A DNA stretch of 62,989 nt from Thainema sp. (GTDB taxonomy: Bacteria; Cyanobacteriota; Cyanobacteriia; Phormidesmidales; Phormidesmidaceae), in contig JBQLZK010000043.1 of NCBI GenBank assembly GCA_052168235.1, positions 1 to 62,989 on the forward strand. The letters are read 5' to 3'. A program made the position numbers and the translations under genes. Within the stretch, counting starts at the first letter, position 1. Each line of letters opens with the position of its first letter. This document shows, piece by piece, positions 19,974-30,086 of this stretch. The notes below the pieces were generated by a model. The model was given only the letters and a program-made list of their open reading frames with translations, was not told the DNA's origin and searched no databases.

Positions 19974-20339
19974 GTGAATAACTCCAACCCCAAAGATATT
20001 TGCCAGGTTCGGTGCTTCAACACTGAGTTGGTCAACCATGTTCAGAACACGCTGCCCAGTGAAGACACCCTGGAAACGGCCCAAATCATCTTTGGCGCGT
20101 TGAGCGATCGCTCTCACCTGAAAATTCTCTATGCCCTCAGCCACGACCAGGAACTCTGCGTCTGCGATATCGCTACCCTGCTAGAGGTCAAAGTCGCGAC
20201 GGCCTCCCATCATCTCCGCAAACTGTGGGACTTGAAGATTCTCAAGTATCGCAATGATGGCAAGCTAGCCTACTATTCATTGCGCGATCAGCGGGTATCC
20301 GAAATTCTCAATTACTCGCTGAAGCAGTTAGTGGATTAA
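19974..20339 (+). CDS. ArsR/SmtB (CadC-like) metal-sensing repressor
   Basis: CQVRC N-terminus, ELCVCDIA, SHHLRKL; GTG start. Confidence 0.88.
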   Translation: MNNSNPKDICQVRCFNTELVNHVQNTLPSEDTLETAQIIFGALSDRSHLKILYALSHDQELCVCDIATLLEVKVATASHHLRKLWDLKILKYRNDGKLAYYSLRDQRVSEILNYSLKQLVD

Positions 20340-20360
20340 GGATTTTAGGGATTGGGCAGA

Positions 20361-20450
20361 TCTGTAACGTTGCCCATCACCCGCCGCAGATCACCTCGAA
20401 AGCTCAACAAATAGACTCTCGACGGTCAGGTGCATGGGCGTTGTTTAGCT
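20361..20450 (-). mobile_element. attC-like site directly downstream of the TA pair
   Basis: TAACGTTGCCCATCACC...GGTGCATGGGCGTTGTTTAG with one extrahelical C. Confidence 0.6.
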
Positions 20451-20457
20451 TACGTCG

Positions 20458-20796
20458 CTAATCTCCGCTAATTTCAACTAAAGCTTCACCAGATTGTAAA
20501 AGCTCTAATGCTTTTGGCAAAGTAGCACTCAAAATTTCTCGCAACTGTGCATTTGAGGTGTTACCGCAAGTCAACCATATAATTTGCGGTGGTGAACCAA
20601 AACGATCAACTAGATCAACAAAATCACTGTCTTTAGTCATGAATATAACGCCTTGAGCCTTTGCTGCCTCAAAAATCTCAGGATCTTCAGCGTCTCTCAA
20701 ACCAATATCTCGTAAAGCTAATGCTGTCACTCCAAAAGTGCTGTTAATCCAAGTTGCGATCGCAGGCGACAACTGTGCATCAATCCAAATGGTCAT
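20458..20796 (-). CDS. DUF5615 PIN-like toxin
   Basis: IWIDAQLS, DAEDPEIF and TKDSDF motifs. Confidence 0.85.
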   Translation of the reverse strand: MTIWIDAQLSPAIATWINSTFGVTALALRDIGLRDAEDPEIFEAAKAQGVIFMTKDSDFVDLVDRFGSPPQIIWLTCGNTSNAQLREILSATLPKALELLQSGEALVEISGD

Positions 20797-21017
20797 GCTA
20801 CCAATACTGGATGGTTGAGCTTACGCGATGCGTATACAAGTGCCGCTTTCAGGTCATCTGCCTCAAGATCAGGCATCTCTTCTAAGATTTCTTCCGCACT
20901 CAGTCCAGCAGCAAACAAATCTAAAACATCTGACACCCGAATTCTCATCCCTCGAATGCAGGGACGACCGCCACACTGTCTAGGGTTAATCGTGATTCTT
21001 TCGAGCAGTTCTGTCAT
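20793..21017 (-). CDS. DUF433 antitoxin
   Basis: CGGRPCIRGMRI motif. Confidence 0.9.
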   Translation of the reverse strand: MTELLERITINPRQCGGRPCIRGMRIRVSDVLDLFAAGLSAEEILEEMPDLEADDLKAALVYASRKLNHPVLVA

Positions 21018-21202
21018 AATGCTGCACTTCTAAGCAAACCTACAACTCAGTGTAGCAATTGGATAGCCCCTTCTAGCAGACTGCTACTAATTAAACGAGG
21101 CAGCTATTCTGGATTAGAGGTTTCATTTCCTTGAAAAGAAAAAACATTGGCATCCAAAAGGTTATAAACATCCAAGCTAATCCTGAGAAGAGTAGTGGGG
21201 GA

Positions 21203-21730
21203 ATTAATTTGGTCATGTTTTTTGTGGAGTTTGGGGCGGGTCTCCGAGCCGATTCCCTTTCACTGACCGGGGACTCTCTAGATATGCTAGGGGACGCTTT
21301 AGTCTATAGCACTAGCCTCTATGTGATTCATCGCAGCGCCAAAGCACAGGCAGGAGCTGCTTTACTGAAGGGAGTGATTATGTTCGGTTTTGCGATCGCG
21401 GTTTTCGCCCGTGCCATTTACCAGTTTGTGACTGAAGCCGCACCAACCGCAGAAATTATGGGAATTATTGGCTTTCTGGCACTGGTGGCTAACCTGATAT
21501 GCCTGCTGCTGCTGACCCGTCATCGCCAAGACAACTTGAATATGTCTTCCGTTTGGCTCTGCTCTCGCAATGACATTATTGCCAATACTTCCGTTTTGGT
21601 TGCTGCCGGATTAGTGTTGCTGACCCAATCCCCCATACCGGATTTGTTAGTAGGTCTACTGCTTACCGTCGTGTTTGCTCGTTCTGCCGGAACGGTCTTG
21701 TCGCAATCCTGGCGTGCGATCGCATCGTAA
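21203..21730 (+). pseudogene. Cation diffusion facilitator (CzcD-like), 5'-truncated
   Basis: DSLDMLGDA and WLCSRNDI motifs; the upstream in-frame sequence looks unrelated and has no credible start. Confidence 0.7.
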
Positions 21731-21763
21731 CGGTCTTGGGTAAGTAAACCGCTCGTTTGCAAC

Positions 21764-23782
21764 TCAAACATGGTTTACTAAGGCCCAAACCGTTTGTATC
21801 AGTGTTTCCGGCTCAATCGGCTTCGTAATATGCTGCTGAAATCCAGCCGCTAATGCTTGCTGTTGATCACCTTCTCCGGCATAGGCGGTAAGTGCGATCG
21901 CTAAAATATTTTTATTCTGGTCAGATAGCTGTTCTCTTACGCAGCGGATTAGTGCATAACCATCCATTTCGGGCATGCCAATATCACTGATCAGCAAATC
22001 AAATTCTGCCTGGGTCAATTGCCTCAACGCTTCACAAGCCGACTCTAAGGATGTAACGCTTGCTCTATGCTGTTCTAGCAAAAAGGTTACTAAATTTCGC
22101 GAATCTCGCTCATCATCGACAAGCAGCACGCGCAAACCCTTAAGATTCAGATCGGGCGTATCAGGAGGTAGCGAACGATCTGTATCCCGCTTGGTAGCCA
22201 CTAGGATAGGCAGTTTAATGATAAACGTGGCACCCTGTCCTTCTCCTGAACTCGCTACTTGAATCGTGCCGCCATGCAGTTCAACCAAATGGTGAACGAT
22301 CGCCAATCCCAATCCTAATCCCCCGAAGCTACGGGTTGTGCTGCTGTCTTCCTGCCGAAAATAATCAAAAACATGGGGTAAAAAGTCGGCGGAGATACCC
22401 TGGCCAGAGTCACTGATCGTAATTTGTGCATAAGCGTGATCGGTTGATGGAGTAGTTTGTGCTTGACTCCCTAGCTCTCTGCTGACTTCTTCTAGCCGCA
22501 CCTGCACGTTTCCACCCTGAGGCGTGAATTTGATGGCGTTGGAGAGCAGGTTCCAAACGATCTGCTGCAGACGACTCGAATCCCCCAGTACTTTGCCAAC
22601 GTCGGGTTCAAACTGAGTTTGAATCCGAATCGATTTTGCTTCAGCGGCCAACCGCACCGTTTCGATAGCGGCTTTGATGGTAAAGGGTAGCCCCACTGCT
22701 CCTGTCTTCAAATTCAGCTTGCCTTGAAGAATACGAGATACATCCAGTAAGTCTTCAATCAGTTGAGCCTGTAATTTGGCATTGCGTTCAATCGTTTCGA
22801 GGGCGTATCGAGTTTTCGCTTCATCCTGCTGGCCCATCTGCAAAATTTTGGCCCAGCCCAGGATGGGATTCAAGGGCGATCGCAACTCATGGGATAAAAC
22901 CGCCAGAAATTCATCTTTAATCCGGTTAGCCTGGCGCAGTTGTTCGGCTTGCTCACGGGTCGTTTCATAGAGCGCATCCAGGCGTTGATTGCGTTCCTGT
23001 AACTCAATTTCGGCTTGCTGACGCTCAGCCTCAATCCGTTTGCGATTGGTGATATCAACTAGGATTAAAACTGCCCCCGTAAAGTTACCAGCGTCATCCA
23101 AAACCGGGTCTACCGTTTTGGCAAACCAGCGATCGCGACTCTGAAGTTCTAAAACCTGCCGCTGGTGCGTTTCTTTCGCCTGGTGAAAGCAGGAGCCATC
23201 ACCTACCCCTAGGGTCAAATCCATCAACTCATGGTGAACCTGCCCTAAGATATCGTGGGCGGGTTTATCTAAAAGCCTGATCATTGCCTGATTGCAGCGT
23301 AGAATTCGTCCTTGCTGGTCAACGAGACATACGCTGTCATTGATGGCATCGAAAGTGGTTTGCCATTCTCGCGCCGAAGCCAGCGCCAGTTCCTCTGCCT
23401 GCCGAATGCGAAGTAGCGATCGCACTGTTGCCAGTAGCTCAATCGGCTCAACGGGCTGCGCCAGATACCCATCTGCACCGCTGTCTAACCCCTCGGCCTT
23501 GTCCTGGCTTTTGACAAAGCTAGCTGAGAGATGCAATACGGGAATAAAGGTGGTTTTGGGATCTGATTTAATCCGGCGACAGACTTCAAAGCCGCTCAGA
23601 TCAGGCAGTTTCACGTCCAAGATCACCAGGTCAGGTTGGTGCTGGGCAATCGCCTCCAGTCCGGCGGTTCCCGTTGCCGCTTCCACGACATTAAACCCTG
23701 CATTTTGCAAGACCCGCGTTACAACGTAACGATTGGCTTCGTTATCATCTACATGCAGGATTGTTCCTCCTGGCTCAAACAT
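21764..23782 (-). CDS. Hybrid histidine kinase REC-PAS-HisKA-HATPase-REC
   Basis: SHELRSPL, NLLSNAIKFT and GLGLGL motifs; receiver domains at both ends. Confidence 0.93.
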   Translation of the reverse strand: MFEPGGTILHVDDNEANRYVVTRVLQNAGFNVVEAATGTAGLEAIAQHQPDLVILDVKLPDLSGFEVCRRIKSDPKTTFIPVLHLSASFVKSQDKAEGLDSGADGYLAQPVEPIELLATVRSLLRIRQAEELALASAREWQTTFDAINDSVCLVDQQGRILRCNQAMIRLLDKPAHDILGQVHHELMDLTLGVGDGSCFHQAKETHQRQVLELQSRDRWFAKTVDPVLDDAGNFTGAVLILVDITNRKRIEAERQQAEIELQERNQRLDALYETTREQAEQLRQANRIKDEFLAVLSHELRSPLNPILGWAKILQMGQQDEAKTRYALETIERNAKLQAQLIEDLLDVSRILQGKLNLKTGAVGLPFTIKAAIETVRLAAEAKSIRIQTQFEPDVGKVLGDSSRLQQIVWNLLSNAIKFTPQGGNVQVRLEEVSRELGSQAQTTPSTDHAYAQITISDSGQGISADFLPHVFDYFRQEDSSTTRSFGGLGLGLAIVHHLVELHGGTIQVASSGEGQGATFIIKLPILVATKRDTDRSLPPDTPDLNLKGLRVLLVDDERDSRNLVTFLLEQHRASVTSLESACEALRQLTQAEFDLLISDIGMPEMDGYALIRCVREQLSDQNKNILAIALTAYAGEGDQQQALAAGFQQHITKPIEPETLIQTVWALVNHV

Positions 23783-23793
23783 GGAGTGCTTCC

Positions 23794-25923
23794 TCAAGCG
23801 TCTAGAATCAGCCCGACTTTAACAAGTACCTCTCGCAGGTGATAGGCTGCCGCTGCTTGAGACGTTTTTTCCTTCGAAAAAATCGCAACATCTTGTTGGG
23901 TTAAGCGGCTCTGAGTTGCCAAATCTAATTGAACAGACGAGTGGATAATAACAGGAATGGTCTGAGTCACAGGATTTTGCTGTAGCTGATCCAGGACATC
24001 TAACCCACTCATTTCGGGCATTTCTATGTCCAGTAAAATAGCCGTGGGCTGCTCACGCTCAGCTACCGCTATTCCTTCTCGGCCACTTGTCGCCTCCAGA
24101 ATTTGTAATGGGCTGTCTATTAATAACTGATGTATCACATATCGATAGGCTGGATCATCGTCAATCAGTAAGAGTTTCTGAATTTTGCCGCGATAAACCA
24201 GACTATTGAGCTTATTCAGCAAAGGCAATCTATCTACAGGTTTAATTAAGAAGCTATCGGCCCCTAAGGCCAGCGCCTGTTTCTCGTTATTCACAACCGT
24301 AATCACCACAACCGGAATATTGCGAGTCGCCTCATCCCCTTTCAGTTCGCGCAGGAACGTCCATCCATTCTGCCCTTCTAGTAAAATATCCAGCATAATT
24401 GCGGCTGGCCGAATTTGCTGTAAGGACTGCCTCGCCTGAGCTAGAGTACGAGCTGCAACGAGCTGATAGCGGGACTCTTGCAGGTGTTTTTCATAAACAA
24501 ACAGCGTTTCCGCATGATCTTCAACAGCCAAGACAGGTAAGTGAATGGGGTTCAGGACAAGGGGCTGCACTGAGGCGGAACCCTCAGCCGTTTGAGGGTA
24601 CACGATGGGAATGGAGAGCAAAAAGGTAGAACCTTGCCCCAATGCACTTTTGACCAGAACAGTACCGCCCATGACCTCTGCTAACTTGCGGGAGAGCGGT
24701 AAACCTAGCCCTGTCCCCTTCACCTGCCGTTGCAGATGCGACTCAATCTGCACAAAATCCTCAAAAATCCGCTCTTGGTCGTCTGAAGCAATGCCAATGC
24801 CGGTATCTGCTACGGAAAAGCGAATCGCAGAACCAACCTGCTCCGCTGTGATCCGCACTTCCCCCTGCTCCGTGAATTTGAGCGCATTGGAGATAAAGTT
24901 GCGCAGGATTTGGGCAATTTTTCCCTCATCGCTATACAGCGGGGGCAAATCCTCCGGTTCGACAAACACCAGTGAGACAGAGGAACCCTGCACCATGAGG
25001 GGACGCAGCATCCCCCGGAGAGTAGCAAACAAGTCGCTGACGGCAAAGGTACTGGGCCGCACTTCGGTTTTGCCTGCTTCTACCTTGGCCAAATCCAGCA
25101 GATCGTTGACCAATTCAGATAGGCCATCCGCTGCCTTTTGCATGAAGACCACCTGCTTCTCTTGCTCCGGCGTCAAGTCGCCATCGATACGAGACAGCAG
25201 CATGCGGGACAGCGACAGAATCGAGTTGAGCGGGGTACGAAACTCATGGCTCATATTGGACAGGAAGCGAGTTTTCAGCTCATTGGCCTGCTGTAGCGAA
25301 CTTGCCTTCTCATCCAGTTCGGCATAGAGAGCAATCACACCCCGATTGGTATCTTCTAGCTCTCGGTTGAGTTTGGTCAGTTCTTCCTCACGCCTGCGCA
25401 GTTCCGCCATCGCCCGCAGCAGTTCCTGGTTTTGGCGCTGGATTTCTTCGTAGGGATTTTGGGGCGATCGCCCCAGCACAGCTTCCTGAATTTGCTGCAC
25501 CTGCCAGTCTGTGAGAATGGGGGCTCGCTTTGGCAGGGCTTTGCCCATCGTCACCGTCATTCCCTGTCCGGGTATCGATTCCACTTCAAATACATCCATT
25601 AGCCGTTGGGTGCCAATAATGCCCAGCCCCATGCCCGTAGTGGAATGGTAGCGCCCTGCCAGTATATCGGTCAGATGCAGAATGCCTTTGCCCTGATCCT
25701 GTATCTGAATGAGGAACGTTTGTGGGCTTTCTTCTACATAGAATTTAGCTCTGCCACCCTTGGCATATTGAAAGGCATTACGGGCAATTTCAGACACAGC
25801 CGTGGCTAGTCTGGCCTGATCTTGTCCATCAAATCCCAATTGCTCTGCCAGGTCGCGAGTTCGCTGTCGGGCCTGTACAACATCCTGTTCGTAGTGAATT
25901 TCAAGCGTGAAGAGAACTTTCAT
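23794..25923 (-). CDS. Hybrid histidine kinase with N-terminal RsbT-like ATPase domain and two REC domains
   Basis: TAVSEIARNAFQYA, SHEFRTPL and two receivers; start MKVLF at 25923. Confidence 0.9.
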   Translation of the reverse strand: MKVLFTLEIHYEQDVVQARQRTRDLAEQLGFDGQDQARLATAVSEIARNAFQYAKGGRAKFYVEESPQTFLIQIQDQGKGILHLTDILAGRYHSTTGMGLGIIGTQRLMDVFEVESIPGQGMTVTMGKALPKRAPILTDWQVQQIQEAVLGRSPQNPYEEIQRQNQELLRAMAELRRREEELTKLNRELEDTNRGVIALYAELDEKASSLQQANELKTRFLSNMSHEFRTPLNSILSLSRMLLSRIDGDLTPEQEKQVVFMQKAADGLSELVNDLLDLAKVEAGKTEVRPSTFAVSDLFATLRGMLRPLMVQGSSVSLVFVEPEDLPPLYSDEGKIAQILRNFISNALKFTEQGEVRITAEQVGSAIRFSVADTGIGIASDDQERIFEDFVQIESHLQRQVKGTGLGLPLSRKLAEVMGGTVLVKSALGQGSTFLLSIPIVYPQTAEGSASVQPLVLNPIHLPVLAVEDHAETLFVYEKHLQESRYQLVAARTLAQARQSLQQIRPAAIMLDILLEGQNGWTFLRELKGDEATRNIPVVVITVVNNEKQALALGADSFLIKPVDRLPLLNKLNSLVYRGKIQKLLLIDDDPAYRYVIHQLLIDSPLQILEATSGREGIAVAEREQPTAILLDIEMPEMSGLDVLDQLQQNPVTQTIPVIIHSSVQLDLATQSRLTQQDVAIFSKEKTSQAAAAYHLREVLVKVGLILDA

Positions 25924-26927
25924 GATCCGGTTCCTTTCGCCACTAGCACGGTTATATCGTCGCGCTCCCGGTGAAAATCGCGGTAGAGAACTCCGGCAAT
26001 CAGTCCAGGATGTCTGTGGCTCAGGCCGGGGTAGCGATCGAGCTTCCACTGGGTGCCCAAGCCGTCCGAATGCATGATCAACAGCCCGTTTAGATACCAG
26101 GGGTAGCTGAATTCGTGAATCTTGCGCACCTCATGTCCTACGGTGCCGTTATAGGAGACTAGATTATGATGCTCTGTAGCGGCAGAGATACTGGCCGCAA
26201 TATTGCCAATTCCGGCAAAGCGCAGGATCTGCTGCTCAAATTCAATTTCTGCGATCGCTAATGCGGCTCCTCTTGTACTCCGCAGGGCAGCATGGGTCGC
26301 TTCGACAATGTGCTGAGGCGATTGGTGAGCGCACTCTTGGAACGCTCGAATCGCAGCGGCAGCGGCAGCAGCGGCAGCAGGCCCATGCCCTAAGCCATCG
26401 ACTACCAGCAGCAGATGGCGGGACGGCTCAGCATGACAGGCCCAGTCATCGCCGGAAACGTCCTGACCTTGCTTCGGTAAACACACCACGCCAATGTCTA
26501 AGTTTCCTTCGGGTGGGGGAGGCTCTGGGGTGGGCCACAGGTGGGCCAGCAGAGCCGTTCCTTTGCTGGGCCAGGAGTAAATATCAAAAAAGCTGGAGAG
26601 GCGACGAATTGCCCCCAGCCCATTGCCGGACGTGCCAGCGGTGGAATAGCCATCTTGCAAACAGGCTGCCACATCGGCCATGCCAGGGCCGCGATCGAGG
26701 GCCAGCACCTCAATCCCAATCGTGGGACTTTGCACAATCGCTCGGAGCAGAATCACGCCGCCCCCACCGTGCTGTACCAAATTGTTGGCCACCTCTGTGA
26801 CCAGAATTCCAACCTTGCCCCGTGCCGTTTCTTTAAATCCCAGCCGACTCGCTAAGGCCAATGAAGCTCTCCGTGCCTCTCCGGTCTGGCTTTGTTCTGT
26901 AACTGCGATCGCAGTAGATTCCCTCAA
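25920..26927 (-). CDS. rsbX: ATPase + SpoIIE/PP2C phosphatase (RsbX-like)
   Basis: EVANNL, SGDD, DGLGHG, SDGL and DDIT motifs. Confidence 0.82.
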   Translation of the reverse strand: MRESTAIAVTEQSQTGEARRASLALASRLGFKETARGKVGILVTEVANNLVQHGGGGVILLRAIVQSPTIGIEVLALDRGPGMADVAACLQDGYSTAGTSGNGLGAIRRLSSFFDIYSWPSKGTALLAHLWPTPEPPPPEGNLDIGVVCLPKQGQDVSGDDWACHAEPSRHLLLVVDGLGHGPAAAAAAAAAIRAFQECAHQSPQHIVEATHAALRSTRGAALAIAEIEFEQQILRFAGIGNIAASISAATEHHNLVSYNGTVGHEVRKIHEFSYPWYLNGLLIMHSDGLGTQWKLDRYPGLSHRHPGLIAGVLYRDFHRERDDITVLVAKGTGS

Positions 26928-26942
26928 GCGGATGTCCTCGTG

Positions 26943-27341
26943 TTACTTCCATCGTACAATCGTCACCCAGGTTCCTTGTCCCACCACAGACTTGATCTCA
27001 AACTCATTGGCCAGCCGCTTAGCACCCCCTAACCCCATGCCCAAGCCGCTACCCGTCGTGAATCCGTCCCTCAGCGCCAGATCAATGTCTGGAATTCCTG
27101 GCCCCTGATCTTCAAAAGTCAGGCTAAGTCCGCGCCGCATTCCTTCCTGGAGGGTTTTCAGCGTCATGCTGCCCCCTCCCCCGTAGTCCAGCGTATTGCG
27201 CGCTAACTCGCTAGCCGCTGTCACAATTTTGGTTTGATCAACTAAGCCCAAGCCAATCTCAATCGCAAACTGGCGCACAATTTGCCGTACTAAAACGACA
27301 TCTACAGACGATTGAATAGGAATGATTTCAATCTTCTGCAT
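26943..27341 (-). CDS. rsbT: Stressosome kinase
   Basis: TAASELARN, DQGPGI and GLGMGLGG motifs. Confidence 0.9.
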   Translation of the reverse strand: MQKIEIIPIQSSVDVVLVRQIVRQFAIEIGLGLVDQTKIVTAASELARNTLDYGGGGSMTLKTLQEGMRRGLSLTFEDQGPGIPDIDLALRDGFTTGSGLGMGLGGAKRLANEFEIKSVVGQGTWVTIVRWK

Positions 27342-27744
27342 TGCTCTCGATACCCCATTCAGTCGCAGCGATCTGGCTATTTTGGGATTCATCACTTGAT
27401 GATCGTAACAGTGCCATGCCTTTTTCTACATTTAACGCCGTGCGAATCCCGGTCAGAGACAGCCCCAACTCCACCAGCGTAATGGCAACAGCCGGCTGCA
27501 TCCCGACTACAACGGTTTCTGCATCCATCACCTGCGACATTTTGGCAATGTTGCCTAGAATTCTACCAATAAAAGAATCTACAATTTCCAAGGCGGAAAT
27601 ATCAATTAAGACTCCGTTAGCATGAGTTTTGCTAATGCGGTTAGTCAAGTCATCTTGGAGGGTTGTGGCCATGCGATCGTGCATATCGACCTGGATGGTG
27701 ACAAGCAAGAATTCGCCCATTTGCAGGATGGGAATACGCTCCAT
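27328..27744 (-). CDS. rsbS: Stressosome STAS protein
   Basis: IVDSFIG and GMQPAVAITL motifs. Confidence 0.9.
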   Translation of the reverse strand: MERIPILQMGEFLLVTIQVDMHDRMATTLQDDLTNRISKTHANGVLIDISALEIVDSFIGRILGNIAKMSQVMDAETVVVGMQPAVAITLVELGLSLTGIRTALNVEKGMALLRSSSDESQNSQIAATEWGIESNAED

Positions 27745-27760
27745 CGGTTTCTCCTATTCG

Positions 27761-28612
27761 CTACTTTTGAGCCACATTAGTTCCCATCCGTTTCAGTGCG
27801 GTGACGAAGGCATCGGCTAACGTTGCTTTCGTTGTCACACCAACCAGATCGATACCCAAATAGACGATTGTTTGGGCAATTTGAGGCCGAATTCCGCTGA
27901 TAATACAGTCGGCTCCCATCAGACGGGCGGCAGTCACGGTTTTCAATAGATGTTGCGCCGTCAGGGTATCGACCGTGGGAACGCCTGTAATGTCGATGAT
28001 GGCCACCTCTGAACCCGTTTCAACAATTTTCTGCAACAACGACTCCATCACGATCTGAGTACGAGCGCTATCCAAGGTGCCAATAATCGGCAAGGCTAAA
28101 ATGCCGTTCCACAGTTTAACAACGGGAGTAGATAGCTCCATTAATTCTTCCTGCTGTCGCAGAATTACCTCTTCCCGCGCCTTTTGGTAAGCTTCCATGA
28201 TCACCAATCCCAGCCGATCCAGCAGGTCTGTTGCTAGCCAAATCTCTTCTCCTAATTCAGTCGGATCGTGCAGTTGCTGCCCCAGTCGGCTAAACAGCGG
28301 ACGTTTGAAGGAAAAGATAAACATGGCTGTTTCAGTCGGCGTGAAGCCTTTTTGAGAACGCGATCGCGAAATGCTCGTCAACATCTCTCGCACCTCGCGC
28401 CATTCGGGAGCCTGAATGTTGGTCAAGTTGCCCTCTTGTGCGGCATCACGTAGCAATCGGAGAAATTCTCGGCATTCTTCTTGCAGTTCAGCTTCCTTGA
28501 TTAATCCCTTCCGCGTATTGGTCGCCGCTAACTCCTGATTCCACTCTGATATTAAATCTGCCTCATGGGTTTTTAGTATCTCCGGTATTTTGCTGCTGTG
28601 AGTTATGTCCAT
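27761..28612 (-). CDS. rsbR: Stressosome sensor STAS protein
   Basis: ELSTPV, GTLDSART, VDTLTA and GIRPQIAQT motifs. Confidence 0.9.
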   Translation of the reverse strand: MDITHSSKIPEILKTHEADLISEWNQELAATNTRKGLIKEAELQEECREFLRLLRDAAQEGNLTNIQAPEWREVREMLTSISRSRSQKGFTPTETAMFIFSFKRPLFSRLGQQLHDPTELGEEIWLATDLLDRLGLVIMEAYQKAREEVILRQQEELMELSTPVVKLWNGILALPIIGTLDSARTQIVMESLLQKIVETGSEVAIIDITGVPTVDTLTAQHLLKTVTAARLMGADCIISGIRPQIAQTIVYLGIDLVGVTTKATLADAFVTALKRMGTNVAQK

Positions 28613-28792
28613 GAGGCTTTTTCCTTCATCTATTCAAGTTTCAGTGTAGAACTATAGGGATTACAATTTCCAACCTGACCAATACTCAGCGTATCGAATA
28701 CCGACAACTCAGACTTCTATTTGCAGAGTTAGCTCTGATGAATAGGAGAACCGACTGAATATTTGAGCCGATAACGACAGACTGGATAAACG

Positions 28793-29344
28793 ATGATGAA
28801 GATCCGAGTGGCCGACGAAGCCGATGTGATGGAATTAGCGGACTTGTACCGTCAAACCGTTGTGACCCATGCGACCCAGCACTATACGCCCACTCAAATG
28901 GCAGCCTGGGCCTCATCTGCAACCGATTTAGAGCAGTTTAGGCGGTTCGTTTTGAATGTGACGACCTACGTTGCAGAAGACGAGACGGGAATGGTGGGCT
29001 TTGCTGGAATTGGCCCGGATGGTCACGTGGCGTCGGCCTATGTGCGGCATGACTGTCTTCATCAGGGAATTGGTTCAGCGTTGATGAAGGCCGTACTGGA
29101 TCATGCCGAGCGTCACCAGATTCCACGCCTCTATGCGGAAGCGAGTGAGTTTAGCCTGGGATTGTTTCAGAAATTTGGATTTCGTCTATATGACACGGAA
29201 GTTGTCACTCGTCAGGGAGTCGAGTTTTGCCGCTATTTGGTGGAGTATTGTGCGAGTGATGTCTGTTCGTCTCATACTGAAGGGGAACGCCGAAATATAA
29301 CAGCAGCAATAAGCAAGAGAACTACCGACACTGCATCAAAATAA
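28793..29344 (+). CDS. GNAT N-acetyltransferase
   Basis: YVRHDCLHQGIGSAL and FQKFGF motifs; the tail overlaps the convergent gene. Confidence 0.85.
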   Translation: MMKIRVADEADVMELADLYRQTVVTHATQHYTPTQMAAWASSATDLEQFRRFVLNVTTYVAEDETGMVGFAGIGPDGHVASAYVRHDCLHQGIGSALMKAVLDHAERHQIPRLYAEASEFSLGLFQKFGFRLYDTEVVTRQGVEFCRYLVEYCASDVCSSHTEGERRNITAAISKRTTDTASK

Positions 29345-29661
29345 ATAACCCGCTGAATTCCCGGCGTTAAGTTCGGGGTAGTTATACATAATCCAATAAA
29401 AGCAAGCTTACTGACTACAGCAGCAGTAATAACTACTATTCGCAGATGATAGAAAAATGCTCCATAAACTAAGGCAGCACCAAGCACCCCTAACATGACT
29501 TGGCGATGCCTTACTAGCAGCAAGACAGCATCATCTTTAAAAGCAACATTGTATAAAGATGTAATTCCATTTGGATTTAATGCAGTGATAACCGGAGAAG
29601 CTGTAATCACACCAATGACTACTAGGATTGCCACCGCTGTATTTCGGCTTAATTTAGACAT
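29272..29661 (-). CDS. Small 4-TM membrane protein
   Basis: Four hydrophobic segments with LVRHR; AT-rich. Confidence 0.7.
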   Translation of the reverse strand: MSKLSRNTAVAILVVIGVITASPVITALNPNGITSLYNVAFKDDAVLLLVRHRQVMLGVLGAALVYGAFFYHLRIVVITAAVVSKLAFIGLCITTPNLTPGIQRVIYFDAVSVVLLLIAAVIFRRSPSV

Positions 29662-29700
29662 TGAAGTTTTTACTAAAAGCGATTACACAGAAAATACTAT

Positions 29701-29790
29701 GCTTAATGGCTAAGTTGAGCGGCTATCGTCTGGCTCTGCAACAATACTAAATTAAACTTGGTTGTCTGCTTCAACAGACTCGTCCTGCTG
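29701..29790. mobile_element. Degenerate attC-like site
   Basis: TTAATGGCTAAGTTGAGCGGC...GTCTGCTTCAAC, same layout as 3516-3601. Confidence 0.35.
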
Positions 29791-29930
29791 CACCGCTAAC
29801 AATATATTACTCAAAACCTCACTTAACTGTATTGTCAAAGCACTAAACAGTGCCCTTCCAATCCTTGTCCTTCATGAATGTCTCGGTGTAGTTGTTTTCT
29901 GTGTAAGTGGGTTGGCATAGATAAACGCAA

Positions 29931-30056
29931 AGTGAGATCGCACTTCTTTCTCAACTCAACAGAAATGCGATCGCACCTCCGCTTTTGAGTCATGTTCTAG
30001 AGAAATGCGATCGCACCTCCACCTTCGAGCCTGGCTCTGGGGAGATGCGATCGCAG
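29931..30056. repeat. HIP1-containing tandem repeat, 40-bp period
   Basis: AGAAATGCGATCGCACCTCC at 29961 and 30001, with variants at 30041 and ~29931. Confidence 0.8.
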
Positions 30057-30086
30057 TTTGACTGGGCGATGCACTGCTATAAAAAA

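Noticed and set aside
29931..30056. Mini CRISPR array
   Set aside because: Spacers are only 20 nt and resemble each other, the repeat is HIP1-based, and no cas genes are present.
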